Assembly: GCA_039680575.1 (NCBI GenBank)
Contig: JBDKSP010000011.1
Coordinates: forward strand, 1 to 64,000
DNA: 64,000 nt
Direction of reading: 5' to 3'
From: Armatimonadota bacterium
GTDB taxonomy: Bacteria; Armatimonadota; UBA5829; DTLH01
Shown here piece after piece: positions 59,265 through 64,000 of this stretch; the first letter of the stretch is position 1, and each line of letters opens with the position of its first letter. Both the position numbers and the translations under genes were made by a program. A model generated the notes under the pieces. That model had not been told where the DNA came from. It saw nothing but the letters and a program-made list of their open reading frames with translations, and did no database searches.

Positions 59265-59846
59265 ATGTCAAGTAAAGGTATAGCAACTGTAGGTGAATAT
59301 CTGTACTGGTCGTACGCCAACTTGGGCATGGCACACGCAGCGTTGTCTAGTGGCGCTCATTCTTATGGCCGGGTTCACTATATAATCCGCAACAAGCTCT
59401 ATCGTGGGCTGGTCAACGGTACGATGCATCTCGGCTCACTAAAGGAAGACGAGAGGTTGAAGCTTGTTATGCCACAAGCTTGCTGTTATTGTGGTTCCAT
59501 AACAGAACTGACGCTGGATCACTTGATACCAACAAGCAAGGGTGGAAAAGATACAGCAGACAACATTGTCTGGGCGTGCAAGTCATGCAATAGTTCCAAG
59601 GGTGCGATGGATGTGCTGGAGTGGCACGAAAAGACGAGCAGATTCCCATCGGTATTGCTGCTCCGACGTTATCTGAAACTTGTTATCGAGTTTTGCGATT
59701 GCAACGGATTAATGGAATCAAACCTAAATGATCTGCTTCAGCTTCCATTTTCTCTTAGGTGCATACCTCAAGAGTTTCCCGAACTTAATACATTGAAGTT
59801 ATGGGTTATTCCTATCTGCAATGGTAGCTTAGTCTCACCGCTGTAG
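59265..59846 (+). CDS. HNH endonuclease (McrA-like, Zn-binding)
   Basis: CCYCG, DHLIP..KGG.D...N...AC..CNSSKG. Confidence 0.88.
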   Translation: MSSKGIATVGEYLYWSYANLGMAHAALSSGAHSYGRVHYIIRNKLYRGLVNGTMHLGSLKEDERLKLVMPQACCYCGSITELTLDHLIPTSKGGKDTADNIVWACKSCNSSKGAMDVLEWHEKTSRFPSVLLLRRYLKLVIEFCDCNGLMESNLNDLLQLPFSLRCIPQEFPELNTLKLWVIPICNGSLVSPL

Positions 59847-59996
59847 CAGTGTTAATGTATACCTAAGATTCTGTCAGAGTTTTCACCGCGACAAATTCCC
59901 TCCCTCCATGCTAAAATAACCTAAAGAGTTTCAGGCGATTGGCTGCTAACTGAACAGCTGAGAGTCGATAAGTATAACGAAATTAGAGGTTTTGCA

Positions 59997-60650
59997 ATGT
60001 CGCATCATCATGATCACGGCTGCGATTGCGGTTGTGAGGAAAACATCAAAGTACTCTTCCAGGGAGACAGCATTACGGACTGTGACCGAAGCCGCGATGA
60101 CCTGAAATGTTTGGGCCATGGCTACCCAATGTTCATCGCCTCCCGGTATCTGGCGAAACATCCCGAATATCCGGTGGAGTTCATAAACCGAGGTGTCAGC
60201 GGCGACCGTTCGCGTGACCTTAAGGCTAGGTGGGACAAGGACTGCATCGAGATCCAGCCCGACCTGGTGTCTATTCTTGTCGGAATCAACGATGTCTGGC
60301 GCAGGTACGACAACAATGACCCGACATCTGTTGACCAGTTTGCCGATAACTGCCACGATATCCTTACGAGAACGGTAGAATCGACCGATGCCGGAATCAT
60401 CCTTCTGGAGCCATTCCTTCTTCCGGTCATGGATGAACAGGATGCATGGCGTGAGGACCTTGATCCCAAGATTCAGGTAGTCCGGGCGCTGGCGCGCGAG
60501 TTCGATGCTTCGCTCATTCCGCTGGACGGTTTGTTCGCCCAAGCCTCAACAAAGAGAGAACCCGAGTTCTGGTCTGCTGACGGCGTTCATCCCACCTTTG
60601 AAGGTCATGCACTGATTGCTCAGGCCTGGCTGGATGCTGTAGATATTTAA
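59997..60650 (+). CDS. SGNH/GDSL hydrolase
   Basis: FQGDSITD, NRGVSG, GINDVW, DGVHP. Confidence 0.92.
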   Translation: MSHHHDHGCDCGCEENIKVLFQGDSITDCDRSRDDLKCLGHGYPMFIASRYLAKHPEYPVEFINRGVSGDRSRDLKARWDKDCIEIQPDLVSILVGINDVWRRYDNNDPTSVDQFADNCHDILTRTVESTDAGIILLEPFLLPVMDEQDAWREDLDPKIQVVRALAREFDASLIPLDGLFAQASTKREPEFWSADGVHPTFEGHALIAQAWLDAVDI

Positions 60651-60675
60651 AAGAAAGGCTGCCTGAGTAGAGTAT

Positions 60676-61644
60676 ATGCTTTTAGAATACAATCACCCGT
60701 CAGTCAGATTGACCGGACGCTGGTACTGCGATTCGGAGAAACGTGCTTCCACCGTCTGCACAGGGTCGAGTATCGATATTGCATTTAAAGGCGGATACGC
60801 CCTGCTTTTCTTCGATACGTCGACCAACATCGATCCGTTTCCGCATCTCTGGTTGGAACTCGATGGAAATGGAAGGGTCGAAGCGCCTCTCGACCGTATA
60901 CTCAGAGTCGAGGCTGAAGGACAGGGACAACATCACCTCAAAGTCATCTTCAAATCTGCCGTCGAGCTTCAAAACCGCTGGAAAGAGCCGATTCAAGCTG
61001 TAATTCGCTTCAAAGGAGTAGAGGTAGAAGACGCAGCAGAGCTGTCTTCGGAAGAGAAGCCTGTAATCGAGTTCGTAGGGGATTCGATTACCGAGGGAAT
61101 TCTTATCGATGTAGAGCACTGCCCAGCAGCAAACTACAACCAGAGAATATATCAGGATGACGCATGCGCTACTTATGCATGGCTTGCAGCCGAGAAGCTT
61201 TCGATGCAGCCGGTGATGATGGGGTTCGGCAGAATCGGTGTCACGATAGATGCGAACGGCGGAGTGCCTGTGATTCAGGAGTCCTATCCGCTTTGTTATG
61301 AAGGAGCGCCGCTCACGGATAGTAAACCCAAAGCGATAGTCATCAATATCGGCACGAATGATATGTCTGCACCGCTGGATGACTTCAAAAATGGTTATAT
61401 TGCCCTGCTGAAAGCGATACGTTCGAAAAACCCCGATGCAGGGATATTTGCGTTATCTCCGTTTATCGGCTATTTCGAGGAAAGCCTGCCTGGTATAGTC
61501 GCTGAATACAACGATACGTGCCACGATGATGTCAAAGTTATCAGCACGGCAGGATGGCTGCCTAAAGAGCCCATGCACCCGCGGAGAGACGGGCACAAAC
61601 GCGCGGGGAAACTCCTGGCGGAACAATTGGCAAAATCGATATAA
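60676..61644 (+). CDS. SGNH hydrolase with N-terminal beta domain (CE2-like esterase)
   Basis: GRW, IEFVGDSITEG, INIGTND, MHP...GH. Confidence 0.8.
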   Translation: MLLEYNHPSVRLTGRWYCDSEKRASTVCTGSSIDIAFKGGYALLFFDTSTNIDPFPHLWLELDGNGRVEAPLDRILRVEAEGQGQHHLKVIFKSAVELQNRWKEPIQAVIRFKGVEVEDAAELSSEEKPVIEFVGDSITEGILIDVEHCPAANYNQRIYQDDACATYAWLAAEKLSMQPVMMGFGRIGVTIDANGGVPVIQESYPLCYEGAPLTDSKPKAIVINIGTNDMSAPLDDFKNGYIALLKAIRSKNPDAGIFALSPFIGYFEESLPGIVAEYNDTCHDDVKVISTAGWLPKEPMHPRRDGHKRAGKLLAEQLAKSI

Positions 61645-61648
61645 GCAA

Positions 61649-61683
61649 GAGGCAGTCCTGTAATTCAAAAACGGGGCTGCCTC
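61649..61683. terminator. Hairpin between convergent genes
   Basis: GAGGCAGTCCTGT...ACGGGGCTGCCTC. Confidence 0.6.
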
Positions 61684-61707
61684 ACATCATATTCTCAGTG
61701 GCTGAAC

Positions 61708-62232
61708 CTACTTCACGCCCAGCTTGGCAAACTCAGCTTTCAGTGTATCTGCGCTTACTTCACCGATGAATATCGCCTTGATTACTCCGTCTTTGTCGAT
61801 GATAAAGGTAGCTGGAACACCCTCGATACCGTAATTCTCGATCACATCGGCACCTGCGTCCGTTCCCGCGAATGCGTTCTGGTATTTGACGGAGTATTCC
61901 TTTACGAATTTTTGAGCGCTTTCAATGCTGCCATCTACGCTTACGCCGACAACATTTATTCCCTTGGATTTGAGATCGTCGTATACTTTGTTCAGGATCG
62001 GAGCCTCATTCTGGCAGTGAGAACACCAGCTTGCCCAGAAAGCCAGCATGGTGGGTTTATTGGTATAGTCGGACAGCTTAATGGTTGATTTCCCATCGAC
62101 ACTGCCGAGCGAGAAATTCGGAGCCTTCTCGCCCACGGACACGGCCGCTGAAGCCGTGGGGGCGAGGACCAGCATAACAGTTACTACCAGCACTAATGCC
62201 GATGCCAAAGCCGACCTGTTATATAGCATCAT
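61708..62232 (-). CDS. TlpA/ResA-family thiol-disulfide oxidoreductase
   Basis: Signal peptide, APNFSL, FWASWCSHC, G.P.TFIIDKDG. Confidence 0.9.
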   Translation of the reverse strand: MMLYNRSALASALVLVVTVMLVLAPTASAAVSVGEKAPNFSLGSVDGKSTIKLSDYTNKPTMLAFWASWCSHCQNEAPILNKVYDDLKSKGINVVGVSVDGSIESAQKFVKEYSVKYQNAFAGTDAGADVIENYGIEGVPATFIIDKDGVIKAIFIGEVSADTLKAEFAKLGVK

Positions 62233-62350
62233 ATCTCACCTACTGCTAACAGCATTGCCCCACTTGTAGTACTGTTACCCGTTTATTGTTGCAATTGCAG
62301 CATTTGAATAAATGGGATAGTGCTGACGGCTGAAAACTGAATGCTGATAG

Positions 62351-64000
62351 CTAACGAAGCAGTTCTCTGAGCAGGAATGCGGCGCCCTGTTTATCGAGAG
62401 GTTCGTTGTTGTTACCGCATTTGGGCGATTGGACGCATGACGGGCAGCCGTCCTCGCAGCGGCAGTCTTCTATGGCTCTCAGAGTGGCAGCCAGAACTTC
62501 ATCCAGCCGGTAATATGCCGTTTCGGATATGCCTACTCCGCCGGGGTGGGCATCGTAGATGAAGATAGCGGGCAGGTTCGATACATCGGGATGAGCCGGG
62601 TGCGACACGCCGCCGATGTCCTGCCGGTCGCACATAGCGAAAAGCGGTAATATCCCGATGGCAGCGTGTTCTATCGCATGGATACTGCCCGCGAGGTTGA
62701 ACCCTCTTCCAACGAGTTTACCGGCAAGCTCCTGTGGGATCGAAAACCAGACCGATTGCGTCGGAAAATCGATCTCTGGCAGGTCGAGCGGCACATGCTC
62801 GATCATCTCGTCGGTGAACAGCTTTTTGCGCCTGAAACCGGTCACCTTGCTCGTGACCTGCACATCCCCCTGATAGGCTGTGGTCTTGAAGAAAGGTTTT
62901 TCGCCGAGTGTTTCTTTCTTCATGATCCAGGTCATAGAGCTTGGCACGGTGTAGTAGTTCAAATCGGCGGGATGCACATACGCCGTTCTTTCGCTTACAT
63001 CCAGCTTTTCGACGATGTAGGACTCGCCGCCGTGAAGGTAGACCGCTCCCTGGTGGATAGTCTCGAAGGCGTTGGTCGCGTCGACCGTTCCGAGGAAAGT
63101 CATGCGCCTCACGTCGACAATATTATAGCTGTCGCTCGATGTCGAACGGATGTTGACCTCTTTGGCCGGGTAGGTGTCTCCGGTCCAGTACCATCTGCCT
63201 CGATACGCGAGCTCACCGGCTTCACCGAGCGTTGCAAGCACTTCGTATAGCCGTTCGCCGAAGAGCGCCACTTCATCATTTTCGATAGGCAGCTCATAAG
63301 CCGCGCAAAGAGCGTGCGCGGCAAGAAGATATGGGTTTTCCGGGTCGATTATCGCTTCCTCATGTGTGTGTTCGAAGAAATAATCGGGATGGCGCATCAG
63401 AAACTGGTCAATAGGGTTGTCGATGGCGACAAGGACTGCGAGCGATGATTCTTTGGTCCGCCCGGCGCGTCCGGCCTGCTGCCAGGTACTTGCTATAGTG
63501 CCGGGATAGCCCGTCATAATCGAGGCGTCGAGGTTACCGACATCGATCCCCAGTTCGAGCGCCGTTGTGCTTGTCACTCCGAGCAGATCGCCTCTGAACA
63601 GCCTGTGTTCGATCTCCCGCCGCTCTTCCGGCCTGTAACCGGCCCTGTAGGACATGATTTTGTCCGCTGCAGGCGAATGGTGGTCTTCCAGCGACTTTTT
63701 CGCGTATCGGAGGATTAGTTCAGCGCTTTTGCGTGCGAGAGTGAAGACTATTGTCCTGACTCCGCTTTCGACCAGCTTGATAAAGATGTTGACGGCTTCC
63801 GTATTGGCGCTTTTTCGCTCGCCGTTTTGCCCGATAAGCGGAGGGTTCCAGAATATGAAATACTTTTCGCCGGATGGAGAAGTGTCCTCATCTATGACTC
63901 TGGCTTCGAGCCCCGTCAGAGATCTGAAATGATCGCTGGGGTTGGAAATAGTTGCCGATGCGCTGATGAACTGCGGGTTTGTGCCGTAGTGCGCAGCAAT
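62351..64000 (-). CDS. DEAD/DEAH-box helicase with DUF1998 Zn domain (MrfA/Hrq1-like), 5'-partial
   Basis: Frame is open to the window edge (ASATISNP, FWNPP). YRAGY, ALELGID, QQAGRAGR, C.C..GCPSC..SPKCG. Confidence 0.92.
   Translation of the reverse strand: MAAHYGTNPQFISASATISNPSDHFRSLTGLEARVIDEDTSPSGEKYFIFWNPPLIGQNGERKSANTEAVNIFIKLVESGVRTIVFTLARKSAELILRYAKKSLEDHHSPAADKIMSYRAGYRPEERREIEHRLFRGDLLGVTSTTALELGIDVGNLDASIMTGYPGTIASTWQQAGRAGRTKESSLAVLVAIDNPIDQFLMRHPDYFFEHTHEEAIIDPENPYLLAAHALCAAYELPIENDEVALFGERLYEVLATLGEAGELAYRGRWYWTGDTYPAKEVNIRSTSSDSYNIVDVRRMTFLGTVDATNAFETIHQGAVYLHGGESYIVEKLDVSERTAYVHPADLNYYTVPSSMTWIMKKETLGEKPFFKTTAYQGDVQVTSKVTGFRRKKLFTDEMIEHVPLDLPEIDFPTQSVWFSIPQELAGKLVGRGFNLAGSIHAIEHAAIGILPLFAMCDRQDIGGVSHPAHPDVSNLPAIFIYDAHPGGVGISETAYYRLDEVLAATLRAIEDCRCEDGCPSCVQSPKCGNNNEPLDKQGAAFLLRELLR

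Overview
A 64-kb chromosomal window from a diderm bacterium. PEP-CTERM proteins, prepilin/H-X9-DG proteins and a shared OB-fold-like C-terminal tail point to Armatimonadota or a PVC-like lineage; this is inference. In order, the window holds: (1) a metal and cobalamin acquisition region at 0.2-10.4 kb, with an ECF ATPase, an operon behind an exact NikR-type operator (secreted protein, pilin-like protein, atypical ZnuABC-type ABC transporter, methyltransferase) and an operon behind a cobalamin riboswitch (pilin-like protein, secreted protein, two PEP-CTERM proteins); (2) an AbrB-TolC-HlyD-two ABC-2 permease cassette, divergent from a XylR-type regulator with a degenerate GAFTGA motif; (3) mutS2-cdd-Eis-like GNAT; (4) a complete type I-E CRISPR-Cas locus whose 26-repeat array has no intergenic leader; (5) a glycosylation cluster of about 13.5 kb (GT2, two GT4, epimerase, two DUF362, two flippases, radical SAM/SPASM, YfhO-type GT-C); (6) housekeeping genes (eno, pyk, gatCAB, rodZ-like, surE, thuA), a lone HNH nuclease, two SGNH hydrolases, a TlpA and a partial DUF1998 helicase. 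The best candidate for an undescribed system is the pair of parallel 'pilin + secreted OB-tail protein' cassettes, one apparently Ni-regulated and one B12-regulated, with no TonB-dependent receptor. All calls come from motifs read by eye; no database searches were run.
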